This document shows, in pieces, positions 40,056-49,867 of a stretch of DNA of 64,000 bases (its first letter is position 1; every line of letters begins with the position of its first letter). The stretch is from contig DAMCEK010000008.1 in assembly GCA_032057925.1 (NCBI GenBank), positions 19,888-83,887 of the forward strand, in the 5' to 3' direction. Position numbers and translations under genes: made by a program. Origin of the DNA: Rhizobiaceae bacterium (GTDB taxonomy: Bacteria; Pseudomonadota; Alphaproteobacteria; Rhizobiales; Rhizobiaceae). Below the pieces are notes generated by a model. It did not search any database. It was not told the DNA's origin and was given only the letters and a program-made list of their open reading frames with translations.

Positions 40056-41030
40056 TTATCTTGGCGCTCTGCTTGCACCCGGCGGAATACCTACTATACG
40101 TTTGAAAGCGCGACTGAAGGCTGCTTGAGACGTATAGCCGAGACGATGGGCGACGGTATCAATAGGCAGTCTGTCGCGCGTCAGCCACTGATTGGCAAGT
40201 CGCATACGAAGCTCAGCCGCATAGCGCAGCGGCGGGATTCCGATCGTGGATTGAAAGCGTCCCGCAAAGACGGAACGCGAGATGTTGCATTCTGCCGCCA
40301 GTTCTTCCACTGACCAGTCGTAACCAGGTTGGCGATGCAGCGCCAGAATGGCACGTGCAAGGCGCGGATCGCGCAACGCAGCTGCAAGACCAGAGGCGTT
40401 GTCGCAGCCACTCTCCACCCAGCTCCGCACGATCATGGCAGCCATCACCTCAGCCAGCCGCGCGAGTATGCCTGCATACCCGATCCGCCGCGAGCAGATT
40501 TCATTCTTCATGCTGGTAAAAATGGGCATCAGCCCCGGATAGCAGCCATTATTGGCATCAGCCGGTATGACGGATGGCATCAAAGAACCAAGTCCCTGCA
40601 TTCCGCCTAAATCGAACTCCATACAGCCATAAAACAGGATAGCGCTCGGTATCGTGCTGGTGCTGGGACAGGTGTCCACCCCGCTCACCGTGTCGCCAAG
40701 CGCTGCTGTGTCAAAGCTGTCAATAGGATGCACTGGAACCGTGTCGCCCGAAAGCAACGCATGCTCTTCTCCTTGGGGCACAAGAACGGCACTGCCTGCC
40801 GATAGCCTGTGCAAGGTGCCATCCCCACTGCGCAAGAGTGCATCTCCAACGGCAAGGTAGTGGAAATAGGCATGGCCGGGTCTGGCATGAAAACTCATAC
40901 CGAACTCCGGCCCCGTTTGGATGCGACGATATTGAACCCCGCACAGGCGTATACCAGAGAGCAATTCGCTCAAGAGGTCTGAGGAAAGTGCAAAAGGGTC
41001 TTGCAGGAACATATCAGGAGTTTCTATCAA
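40056..41030 (-). CDS. AraC-family transcriptional regulator (cupin-type N-terminal domain)
   Basis: C-terminal double HTH (WSVEELAAECNISRSVFAGRFQSTIGIPPLRYAAELRM...VAHRLGYTSQAAFSRAFKRIVG). Confidence 0.88.
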   Translation of the reverse strand: MIETPDMFLQDPFALSSDLLSELLSGIRLCGVQYRRIQTGPEFGMSFHARPGHAYFHYLAVGDALLRSGDGTLHRLSAGSAVLVPQGEEHALLSGDTVPVHPIDSFDTAALGDTVSGVDTCPSTSTIPSAILFYGCMEFDLGGMQGLGSLMPSVIPADANNGCYPGLMPIFTSMKNEICSRRIGYAGILARLAEVMAAMIVRSWVESGCDNASGLAAALRDPRLARAILALHRQPGYDWSVEELAAECNISRSVFAGRFQSTIGIPPLRYAAELRMRLANQWLTRDRLPIDTVAHRLGYTSQAAFSRAFKRIVGIPPGASRAPR

Positions 41031-41096
41031 TTATTCAGGTTTAAAGATCATAGATCGTCCCGTCGTTCATGTCTAGATTCCGGCCAAAAACCGATA

Positions 41097-42371
41097 ATGG
41101 AAAGAAACATGATGAGTGATATCGCTTGCTGCCCTGTCTCAAACGTAGAGCCTGATGATGTGACCTATGAAACGCCTGTATCCGCCGAATGGCTTGCAGT
41201 ATTTTCCCTGACAATGGGTGTATTCGGTCTGTTGACAGCAGAGTATTTGCCTGCAAGCCTACTGACACCGATGGCCACCGAACTTGGTGTATCCGAGGCT
41301 TTGGCCGGGCAGGCAGTTACTGTCACGGCGGTGGTGGCGCTATTTTCAGGGCTGTGTATGCCGGTTTTGACAAGGTCACTCGATCGTCGTGTGGTTCTTC
41401 TGGGTTTTTCGGCATTGATGATTGCCTCCAATCTACTGGTGGCAGTTTCTTCAAGTATGGCGATTCTGCTGGCGATGCGCGGTTTGCTGGGAATAGCTCT
41501 TGGCGGTTTCTGGGCGATGGCTGCAGCCGTTACCATGCGGCTGGTGCCCACACCACTCTTCCCACGAGCGATTTCTATCGTTTTCAGCGGCATCGCCGTT
41601 GGATCGGTTGTTTCCGTCCCGCTTGGTAGCTATCTGGGTGGTCTGTTTGGATGGCGTAGCGCCTTTTATGCGGCGGCAGCCATCGGAATGGTAACATTGC
41701 TATTTCAACTTTTCACCTTGCCGTGGTTGGCGCCTCGCAAGACGACGGCCCGACTGAGGACAGTGCTTGACGTTGTCCTGCGTCCGGGCATAGCCATTGG
41801 AATGCTGGGCTGTATTCTGGTTCATACCGGACATTTCGCACTATTCACCTATATCAGGCCATTCCTTGAAAGCACGGCTGATGTTGGCACAGATATGTTG
41901 GCGCTGATGTTGCTGGGCTTTGGAATCGCGAATTTCGTTGGTACTCTTCTTGGAGGTTGGTTGATGGAGCGCAGTTTGCGTCTAACCCTTGTGCTCATGC
42001 CGACGCTGGTCGGAATAGCCGGACTTGGATTGGTCTTCCTTCCTGTCTCGGGGGTTGGACTGGCGCTGTTGGTGGCGTTCTGGGGACTGGCATTCGGCGG
42101 CGTGCCTGTTGCGTGGTCGACCTGGGTTGCACGCTCGGTTCCCGATCAGGCAGAGAGCGCCGGTGGAATGGTGGTCGCTTCGGTGCAGGCTGCGATTGCT
42201 GCGGGGGCCGCCACCGGAGGTATCATGTTCGGCCTGAGTGGTATCGTTGGTGTGTTCGTCAGCGGCAGTGTCGTGATGCTTCTTGCGGCATTGTTCATAG
42301 CGTTGCGTGTCAAGGTGAGTGCAGCCAATGAAAATCAATCATCTGTACACCATTACACCAAACACGCTTAA
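41097..42371 (+). CDS. MFS transporter
   Basis: About 12 predicted TM segments and 424 aa from ATG 41097. The track start at 41001 overlaps the divergent AraC gene. Confidence 0.85.
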   Translation: MERNMMSDIACCPVSNVEPDDVTYETPVSAEWLAVFSLTMGVFGLLTAEYLPASLLTPMATELGVSEALAGQAVTVTAVVALFSGLCMPVLTRSLDRRVVLLGFSALMIASNLLVAVSSSMAILLAMRGLLGIALGGFWAMAAAVTMRLVPTPLFPRAISIVFSGIAVGSVVSVPLGSYLGGLFGWRSAFYAAAAIGMVTLLFQLFTLPWLAPRKTTARLRTVLDVVLRPGIAIGMLGCILVHTGHFALFTYIRPFLESTADVGTDMLALMLLGFGIANFVGTLLGGWLMERSLRLTLVLMPTLVGIAGLGLVFLPVSGVGLALLVAFWGLAFGGVPVAWSTWVARSVPDQAESAGGMVVASVQAAIAAGAATGGIMFGLSGIVGVFVSGSVVMLLAALFIALRVKVSAANENQSSVHHYTKHA

Positions 42372-42545
42372 ATCAAACGGAAAACGAGCCGGAAACCGAT
42401 TTTAAAACTTTCAAATTAGGTTGGTTCAGTAACAGCTTACACTGTGTAATCTGGCCTTTTTAGTCGGATTACACTCTCATCCCGGCGTGGCTTGGTGGGC
42501 GCTAAAAACGAGTGGCCTGACGTGTGATGATTGGGACCACAGATT

Positions 42546-43358
42546 TCAACTTCTAGCCATCTCCGGGTTTTTATGATGCGCAAGCAAGCTCGTGATTTCG
42601 CGTCGAACACTGACAAAGCTCGGATCGTCGCGATGGCGGGGTCGGTTGCTTCCGATATCAAAAATTCGGGCTATGCGCCCTGGCCGCGGTTTCATGACGA
42701 CAACCCGGTCTGACAGGTAAATTGCTTCCTCGACATCATGGGTCACCATGACAACGGTGCTTTTCTCGCGTTCCCATATTGCAAGAAGCTCATCCTGAAG
42801 ATGACTGCGGGTCAGAGAATCGAGCGCTCCAAGTGGCTCGTCAAGCAGCAGTAACGGCGGGCGAGGCGCAAGCCCCCGTGCTATTGCCGCGCGCTGCGAC
42901 ATACCTCCGGAGAGTTCTTGCGGAAGCGCCTTTTCGAAGCCGGTGAGGCCGACGAGGTCGATAAGATATTGCACTCTCTCGCGTTTCTCCAATTCGGATC
43001 CGGTTACGCTATGAAGGCTGAGGGCAATGTTCTTTTCTACTGTAAGCCAGGGAAGAAGCCGGTGGTCCTGAAAGACGATACCGCGCTTCAGGCTGGGCTT
43101 ATCGATCAGCTCTTCGTCTACAGTAATACGCCCACTGTCCGGTCTGTCGAGACCGGCGAGGAAACGCAAGAGCGTTGACTTGCCACAGCCACTTGGTCCG
43201 ACGACACTGATGAATTCGCCGGGTTTAATCGCAAGTGAAACGGTATCGAGTGCATGAACCGTACGGTCTTCGACGTGAAACGTCTTCGAGACATCGGTAA
43301 TCCGTACTGAACCCATATTGGTTGTTGTGGTAGGGGCAATGGTCAGTTTGTCCGCCAT
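42546..43358 (-). CDS. ABC transporter ATP-binding protein (NitT/TauT-type)
   Basis: Walker [10 protein letters not shown], signature LSGGMSQR, Walker B LLLLDEP. Confidence 0.9.
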   Translation of the reverse strand: MADKLTIAPTTTTNMGSVRITDVSKTFHVEDRTVHALDTVSLAIKPGEFISVVGPSGCGKSTLLRFLAGLDRPDSGRITVDEELIDKPSLKRGIVFQDHRLLPWLTVEKNIALSLHSVTGSELEKRERVQYLIDLVGLTGFEKALPQELSGGMSQRAAIARGLAPRPPLLLLDEPLGALDSLTRSHLQDELLAIWEREKSTVVMVTHDVEEAIYLSDRVVVMKPRPGRIARIFDIGSNRPRHRDDPSFVSVRREITSLLAHHKNPEMARS

Positions 43359-44140
43359 GGTATGATCCTCCTTGAAAATTCGATGACAAGCCGGTCAAGC
43401 CCGACGCCGATGATTGCCAAAAACAAGACGCCAAGCAGGACCTGATCCATGCGAGCATATTCGCGTGCAGCCGCCAGATATGCGCCGAGGCCATCGCCCA
43501 TGCCATTGATGTAGCCGGTACCAATCAGATACTCGGCACCGAAAGTGCCTAGCCATGCAATATTCAGCGACAGCTCCACACCAATCAAAATGGCAGGCAC
43601 TGCAGCAGGAAGAATAATCTTTGTCAAAGTCGAAATGCGATCGAGTTCAAGAACGCGGCCCACCTCCCGGTAGGAAGTTGGTACATTCTGACATCCTGCC
43701 TGGACACTGAGCGCCATCTGGAAGAAAGCACCAAGCGAAATGAGAGTGATCTTCATCACCTCACCATTACCGAGCCACGCACTGAGCAGCGGTATCCAGG
43801 CGAATAGTGCAATCTGACGCAAGCTGCTGATCGATCGATCAAACAGCCCGCGAGCAATACCCGATAGACCGATCACTATACCGACGATAAGCCCGATCAA
43901 TGCACCGATCACCCAGCCGGTTAGGGCACGTAGAAGCGTGGCAAGGCTCGCTCCCGGGATGGAGCCGTCAGCAAAGCCTTGATAGGCGCTCATGATCAAC
44001 TTGGTAGGCGACACAAGGATATTACTGTTGAGGAAACCCAAAGCATCAAAAAATGCCCAGAGGACAATCAGGCTGACGGGCAGAACAAGGGCCCGCCATA
44101 AAAGGCCAAAGCGGGAAATGGGATGGGGTTTTACAGGCAT
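43343..44140 (-). CDS. ABC transporter permease
   Basis: 265 aa BPD-type permease that overlaps the ATPase start. Confidence 0.85.
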   Translation of the reverse strand: MPVKPHPISRFGLLWRALVLPVSLIVLWAFFDALGFLNSNILVSPTKLIMSAYQGFADGSIPGASLATLLRALTGWVIGALIGLIVGIVIGLSGIARGLFDRSISSLRQIALFAWIPLLSAWLGNGEVMKITLISLGAFFQMALSVQAGCQNVPTSYREVGRVLELDRISTLTKIILPAAVPAILIGVELSLNIAWLGTFGAEYLIGTGYINGMGDGLGAYLAAAREYARMDQVLLGVLFLAIIGVGLDRLVIEFSRRIIPWRTN

Positions 44141-44150
44141 CGACCAGTCC

Positions 44151-45014
44151 TCACGCTGCGGCTTTGAACGACCAGCCGGTTATCCGGTACTGGAATTTCG
44201 CCAGTGCAAAATCGAGGAACCATCCAACAAGTCCGATGACGATTATGGTGGCAAAGACCACATCAAGCTGAAATGCCTTGCGTCCCCACATCATCAGATA
44301 TCCAAGACCGGCTGCGGACGAAATCATTTCCACTAGAATCAAAACCTTCCAGCCGCGGCTCATCGCCTGACGAAGGCCTGTGAGGATAGCAGGCAAAATG
44401 GAAGGCCAAACCACGAAACGCACGTGCGCCAAACGCGATAGTTCAAGCACATTCGCTACGTCATCATATTTGCGCGAGCGTGAACGGATACCTTCATAGG
44501 CGCTGACCATCAGCGGAAAGAAGCAGGTTTTGGCGATAAGGATTATTTTCAGCGCTTCTCCGATACCGAAGAGCAGCATGAAGAACGGTAGCCATCCTAA
44601 CGATGGAACGAGACAGATTGCCCGCACAGTCGGTGCAACATAGATGTCCAAAGGCCTGAAAAGACCAAATGCCAATCCGAAAAGGAGACCGGCACCACCA
44701 CCAATCGCAAGGCCGCTAACCACGCGACCGAGACTGACAGCCAGTTCATGCGGCAATTCGCCGGTCAGGATCAAATCAAGCGTCGTTTCATAAACAAGCC
44801 GTGGATCGGGTAATATCTGTTCCGAAAGCCACTCCTGCTGCACGGCATAGGCCCATAGCGCGAGCAATGCCAAAGGCACCGTCAGACCAAGTAATATCTT
44901 GCTTCCCCACCCAGACAGGCGGGGAGTTGCAAGCGCCCGCGATGCCCGATCCGCAGTCTGTTCAAATTGGGAATCGGTAATCGCTACGGGGGATTTCAGC
45001 GTCACATCGGACAT
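44151..45014 (-). CDS. ABC transporter permease
   Basis: Start MSDVTLKSP at 45014. The track ORF extension to 45173 overlaps the upstream SBP gene. Confidence 0.82.
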   Translation of the reverse strand: MSDVTLKSPVAITDSQFEQTADRASRALATPRLSGWGSKILLGLTVPLALLALWAYAVQQEWLSEQILPDPRLVYETTLDLILTGELPHELAVSLGRVVSGLAIGGGAGLLFGLAFGLFRPLDIYVAPTVRAICLVPSLGWLPFFMLLFGIGEALKIILIAKTCFFPLMVSAYEGIRSRSRKYDDVANVLELSRLAHVRFVVWPSILPAILTGLRQAMSRGWKVLILVEMISSAAGLGYLMMWGRKAFQLDVVFATIIVIGLVGWFLDFALAKFQYRITGWSFKAAA

Positions 45015-45108
45015 GACAAGTCCCTTTTCGTAATCGGCTCGTGACGAATTTTTATTCGCTAAGTGTTCCGGGGCGTCTTGAGACGACCTTTCTGAACAAT
45101 CTTGGTCT

Positions 45109-46176
45109 TCACGCCCGCGCCTTGCCGTCGGCTGCGCGGGGGCTCCAGAATGTGGAATAGCCAAGATCGGCAAGGGTTTTTGTCAGGAGGCTTTCCTGAA
45201 TCCATTCATCCACATCGAACGGCTTGCGAACCAGTTTCTGTTCCAGTGTGAAATCGAGCCCTGCTTTTATGTTCGTGCGATAAAAATCATCGATGAGAGG
45301 GCTGTTGCGGTCACGCAGATCATCGTCTGCATAGTCCGTGACGTAGCTTTCACGTGGCGAGCCGGTGAACGCCCAGATGTCATAGAGTTTCTCGCGGTTC
45401 TCATCGAGGCTCGCAAAATGTGAGGCTTCAACATAGCTGCGAAGAACGCGCGCAACGATTTCGGGATTTTCCTTCGCAAAACTTTCGAGGACGGTGAAGG
45501 AACCGAAGGTCGAACCCGGAGCCGGGCCTTTTGTGCTGTACAATACTTCGACAAGGCCATTTTGTACCAGTGCGAGCACCTGATTGCCTTGACCGAGGAT
45601 CACATCGACGTCGCCCGATTGGATGGCCGCTGTCTGGTCAGCACCTTGCAGGTCGAAAAGCTGAACATCTTCATTCTTGAGGCCTACACCGGCCAATATG
45701 AGCGAGAGTGAGAGTTCAAAGATGGTTCCCCGCTGGAAAGCGACTTTCTTGCCTTTGAGGTCGGCCAGCGTCTTGATGCCGGCTTCAGGGCGCACCGCAA
45801 CATAGGTGGGTGAAATCCCTGACGCTGCGAGGACTGTGGTGCGCACGCCCGCGCCGCGCCCGACAATATTCGGCAAGCCACCGTAGCTTGCAAATTCGAG
45901 TTGGCGATTGGCAAAGGCTTCGTTGATCGCGGGGCCTGTCCCACGCGGAAACTGCCATTCTATGCGAATACCGTCCTGCTCGAACTCTTTCTCCAGCAAT
46001 TCAAGCCCGCGAAGGACGCCGATGGAGCCGTTGCCATAAGGTCGGCCAGCCGCATTTCCCGGGCCTGCGAGCCTTATGACTTCGGGTTTGGATTGAGCCC
46101 GAACGATGGAGAACGTGGTTGGCAACGCGACAGTTGCCGCAGCCATTCCCAAAAAAGTCCTGCGTGTTGTTTTCAT
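45109..46176 (-). CDS. ABC transporter substrate-binding protein (NMT1/SsuA/TauA-like), Tat-type signal
   Basis: MKTTRRTFLGMAAATVALPTTFSIVRA leader; 355 aa. Confidence 0.85.
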   Translation of the reverse strand: MKTTRRTFLGMAAATVALPTTFSIVRAQSKPEVIRLAGPGNAAGRPYGNGSIGVLRGLELLEKEFEQDGIRIEWQFPRGTGPAINEAFANRQLEFASYGGLPNIVGRGAGVRTTVLAASGISPTYVAVRPEAGIKTLADLKGKKVAFQRGTIFELSLSLILAGVGLKNEDVQLFDLQGADQTAAIQSGDVDVILGQGNQVLALVQNGLVEVLYSTKGPAPGSTFGSFTVLESFAKENPEIVARVLRSYVEASHFASLDENREKLYDIWAFTGSPRESYVTDYADDDLRDRNSPLIDDFYRTNIKAGLDFTLEQKLVRKPFDVDEWIQESLLTKTLADLGYSTFWSPRAADGKARA

Positions 46177-46236
46177 AGCTAAATTCCTGATAAAATCGAT
46201 GGACGCGGAGGTCGCGATATGCGCCTGTTTTAAACG

Positions 46237-46560
46237 TCAATGATGGTCGAGGCTCTTCATGACGTCATGCGCTGGTCGCGACCTGCCGCCCGCAGTCCAG
46301 CCTATTGCTTTGCGGTAGCTGCCAAAAATATCACGCGCCTCAAGCTCCTGGACCGTTATTCCCGTCAGGTGTGTGGCTTGTGGTGCCACGTAAAGGGCGT
46401 CGTACGGGCAATAGACTTCGCACATGAAGCAGGTCTGGCAATCTTCCTGCCGTGCAATGACTGGATTGCCACCACGTTTTACGTCGAAGACATTTGTGGG
46501 GCACACATTGACGCAGATATTGCAGCCGGTGCATCGATCATCGCTGATAACCTCGATCAT
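46237..46560 (-). CDS. 2x[4Fe-4S] ferredoxin
   Basis: Two cluster motifs, CTGCNICVNVCP and CQTCFMCEVYCP; 107 aa; start overlaps the upstream flavoprotein stop. Confidence 0.9.
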   Translation of the reverse strand: MIEVISDDRCTGCNICVNVCPTNVFDVKRGGNPVIARQEDCQTCFMCEVYCPYDALYVAPQATHLTGITVQELEARDIFGSYRKAIGWTAGGRSRPAHDVMKSLDHH

Positions 46561-48179
46561 GCTGCGAGCACCTCCAATTCGGGTGAAGGCGCGCGCTGCT
46601 TGCCGATCCAGACTTCATCCAGTCCACCGCTGACCGTATAATGCAACTGGTTGTCGTCCTTCTGGGGGAAATCTTCGCGCTTGTGCATGCCACGGGTTTC
46701 CGTGCGCGATAGGGCGCTGCGATACATCCAGCGCGATGTGGCCAGCATCGCCACGCCTTCCCGGGTCCGTTGTGCCTGATCGAGCGAGGGGGCTTGAGCC
46801 GTACGCATGCCGGACCAAAGGGCGTCGAGGCGGCTGAGTGAGTGGGTCAAGCCTTCGCCGCTGCGCAGGTAATTGCGGTCATAGGGATGAACTTCCGCCT
46901 TTACCGCATGAATGAGACGCTCGGCATCAATCGCCTGCGCCGACCCATCGGCGACACCGGTACCCCCCGCCCGGACAAACCGTTTGTTGCGTCCGCGCTG
47001 GTGCTGGCCGTAATCACCAGCAGCATTGCCTGCCCAGAATCCTGAAGACATTGCCCAAGCCGCATTGTGGCTGCCGCCACCCGTGAACGCGCCGCATACG
47101 AGCTCTCGGGTTGCCGCATCACCGGCTGCATAAAGTCCCGAAACGGTCGTGGCACAACCGTTGTCAACGATCCTGAGCCCGCCCGTGCCGCGCACAGTGC
47201 CCTCAAGCAGCAGCGTTACAGGGAACCGCTGCGTGAACGGATCGATGCCAACCCGGTCGAGCGGTAGGAAGAAATTGGGTTGGGCATAACGCATTGCCTG
47301 TTGCGTCTTTTCATCGGCCTTGTCGAGTTGCGCAAATACGCGTTGCGTTTGTAAAACGCGGGCGATTACCGAGCGTCCACCCTTGGAGGCCGCTCCGGGA
47401 ATTGCTGTTCCATCCTCAAACGTAAACGATGCCCAATCGTAAAAGCGTGTTTTGGTGACAGAGCCACCTTCAAGGGCCATCGCATAGGCTGTCGAAAACT
47501 CCATGCCGGACAATTCCGCACCGAGTTCGGATGCAAGCAGGAGACCGTCTCCGGTCAAAACATTGCAGCCAAGCGCCTTGCTGAGAAACGCGCAGCCCCC
47601 GGTCGCAATGACGACCGCCCCAGCGCGCACCAGCCATGTATCGCCCTTTTGTCGACGGATACCCGCGGCACCGGCGACAGCGCCGCTTTCATCGCGGAGC
47701 AATTCAAGTGCCGGACTATGATCGAGGATTTTAACACCTGCCGACTTTGTGCGCTTGCGCATCAATCGCATGTAATCCGGTCCATCAAGACTTCGGCGGA
47801 CCGGGTTTCCGTTTTCGTCATTGCTGAAGGGATGGCCCCACTCGGCGAGTTGATTGACGTTGGCATAAGTCTGGTCGAGGGTTCGCCGCATCCAGGCCGG
47901 GTCGGCAAGTCTGCCGCCCAAATCCCAGCGGCTGTTCATTGCGGCAGCCCGCTTGGCCGGATCCGGTGGTACATACCATACGCCTGTACCCGAAGGAGCT
48001 GTCGCGCCAGATGATCCGCAAAAACCTTTGTCGACGAGTACGACTTTGGCCCCTTTGGACGAAGCCGAGATTGCTGCCCACGTACCTGCGGGACCGCCAC
48101 CTATAACAAGGACGTCTGCATCGATTTCAAACGAGGCAGATGGGGATGCGATGTTCGCTGCCGTAGATGGGATAATCAT
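46557..48179 (-). CDS. FAD-binding oxidoreductase (succinate dehydrogenase/fumarate reductase/AprA-like flavoprotein superfamily)
   Basis: N-terminal DVLVIGGGPAGTWAAISAS and a distal VSGLYAAGDAATRE FAD motif; 540 aa. First gene of a six-gene minus-strand operon. Confidence 0.85.
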   Translation of the reverse strand: MIIPSTAANIASPSASFEIDADVLVIGGGPAGTWAAISASSKGAKVVLVDKGFCGSSGATAPSGTGVWYVPPDPAKRAAAMNSRWDLGGRLADPAWMRRTLDQTYANVNQLAEWGHPFSNDENGNPVRRSLDGPDYMRLMRKRTKSAGVKILDHSPALELLRDESGAVAGAAGIRRQKGDTWLVRAGAVVIATGGCAFLSKALGCNVLTGDGLLLASELGAELSGMEFSTAYAMALEGGSVTKTRFYDWASFTFEDGTAIPGAASKGGRSVIARVLQTQRVFAQLDKADEKTQQAMRYAQPNFFLPLDRVGIDPFTQRFPVTLLLEGTVRGTGGLRIVDNGCATTVSGLYAAGDAATRELVCGAFTGGGSHNAAWAMSSGFWAGNAAGDYGQHQRGRNKRFVRAGGTGVADGSAQAIDAERLIHAVKAEVHPYDRNYLRSGEGLTHSLSRLDALWSGMRTAQAPSLDQAQRTREGVAMLATSRWMYRSALSRTETRGMHKREDFPQKDDNQLHYTVSGGLDEVWIGKQRAPSPELEVLAA

Positions 48180-48202
48180 GGTTGCTCACTCCCTGGTGGG
48201 AC

Positions 48203-48269
48203 GGAAATCGCCCGACTTTGATAGGAGTTATGTTACCCACTAAATTGGTAGACTAAAGGAAATCGCCCG
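48203..48269. repeat. Two 12-bp direct repeats GGAAATCGCCCG (48203-48214 and 48258-48269)
   Basis: Read directly. The copies start 55 bp apart, immediately upstream of the flavoprotein operon start. Confidence 0.8.
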
Positions 48270-48433
48270 CTTTGTTTTATGACAGTTATAAAAAATACTA
48301 CTCCAGAAAGACCCGTTGAGCAGTATTATGGAGCAATCGTGTGTTCACTACTGGGGTGATCTTGGTCGCCAATCTCGCCCGCTGCTATGACGAAGCCATA
48401 CCAAAGGCCGTTCGCTGTTTACCAGTCAAGGAA

Positions 48434-49430
48434 TTACAAACGCCGTCCGACATGGTTGGCTTTTAAATGAGCGCCGCTGCCTTCATAGAATTTTTCACGA
48501 AGTGTCCCCTCATGATACCGCGTTCTAAAACGTGTCCGGGATTGAAGTTCAGGTACAAGCTGATCGACAACGGAACGAAGTGTTGTTGGAACTGACAATC
48601 GGGGGATGTTGAAACCGTCGACGCCTGTTTCGTCGGCCCATGCGATCAATGAGTCCGCGACTTCGGAGGCTGTTCCTACAAAAAAAGGTGCACGCGCACC
48701 GGTTGGTGTGAGCGTGCTGAGATCACGGATATGAACGGGCTTGGGTGCCTTGGTCGTAAGATTTTCGGCTGTCGAACGTATTGCATTCGAGTTTGCGAAG
48801 GGGACCACGTCGTCAGGTTGGAGCCCTGAAAGATCAATCCCTGTCCAGCCGGAAACCAGCGTCAGTTGTCCGACGGCGTCGATGTAACGCGAATATTCTT
48901 CATATAGTTCATTAGCTTCCGCAGTTGACGGAGCAATGACGACATTTGCCGCTAAAAATATAGTGATGTCGCAGGGATCTCGTTCAGCATCTCGCGCAGC
49001 TTGCCTTAACGCTTCAACGGTTTTGGATGCCGAAGCTTTGCTTGGGCCATTGATGAAAACGCATTCGGCGTGACGGGCGGCAAAGCTGCGTCCGCGTTGC
49101 GATGAGCCAGCCTGAAAGAGCAGAGGCGTGCGTTGCGGTGATGGTTCGCAAAGATGGATGCCGTTAACTTGGAAATGCGGACCGTCATGGGCAATCTCAT
49201 GCAATTTGCGAGGATCGGTAAAGACGCCGCTGATAGTATCACGAAGAACAGCATCGTGTTCGGTCTGGAGCTTGCGTCCCATTACCCGGGCACCACTTTC
49301 AAGATAACCGGTGATGATATTTCATCCCAGAATCCCCCCCCCTCAAGCGCCAGACGGAGAGCTCCAGCGTGGAAACGGTGCGTGGCTATAATCGTAGATT
49401 GATGGAAGGGTGTAGAGGCAATGCAACGAC
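48434..49430 (-). pseudogene. Luciferase-like (NtaA/DszA-type) flavin monooxygenase, N-terminally truncated and frameshifted
   Basis: The intact 282-aa piece (48434-49282) matches the C-terminal two-thirds of the family (HFQVNGIHLCEPSPQRTPLLFQAGSSQRGRSFAARHAECVF). Upstream there are only out-of-frame fragments (..YLESGARV.., ..PSIYDYSHAPF..) with stops. Confidence 0.65.
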
Positions 49431-49431
49431 A

Positions 49432-49755
49432 GCGCTATGATTCATTTCCTGTTTCAATGATCTAGCAATGATGAGTAAGTAGATCGAACAGGGCGGCAGC
49501 CATTCTTGCGTCACCGAAGACGGCTGGCCACTCGCCAAACGTCAGGTTTGTTATGACGATGATTGAGGTTCGCTCGTAGATCCTGCTGATGATGTGGAAG
49601 AGGAGTTGGTCACAATGCGCTCTATGACAGCGCAAGGCGACACCACCCATGTATGCTCTACGTATGGAGCAGGCTACGATCTTCAATCTAACCGTCGACG
49701 GTCGCGGAGAAGCCCGCATTGTAGAACGTGTTTTCGGCAGTGTACCAACGCGCAC
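49432..49755 (-). mobile_element. IS21-family IstB helper-ATPase C-terminal remnant
   Basis: [55 protein letters not shown] matches the IstB C-terminus (..TSN..F.EW...FGD..M..A.LDRL.HH..I.E..G.SYR). No Walker region is present upstream. Confidence 0.7.
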
Positions 49756-49867
49756 TGAAGTTGTCTCAATGCTTCATTAAAATCTTGATGGCAATTCCGT
49801 GTGATGAAAGCGTAAAATGACTTGTGTCATATCAATAAAGAACTCTGTAACTAAGCCGTTAATCTAA

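Noticed and set aside
49334-49342. C9 homopolymer as a phase-variation switch
   Set aside because: Altering the tract length does not reopen the monooxygenase frame, because a TGA lies just downstream on the coding strand and further frameshifts lie upstream. It sits in a pseudogene.
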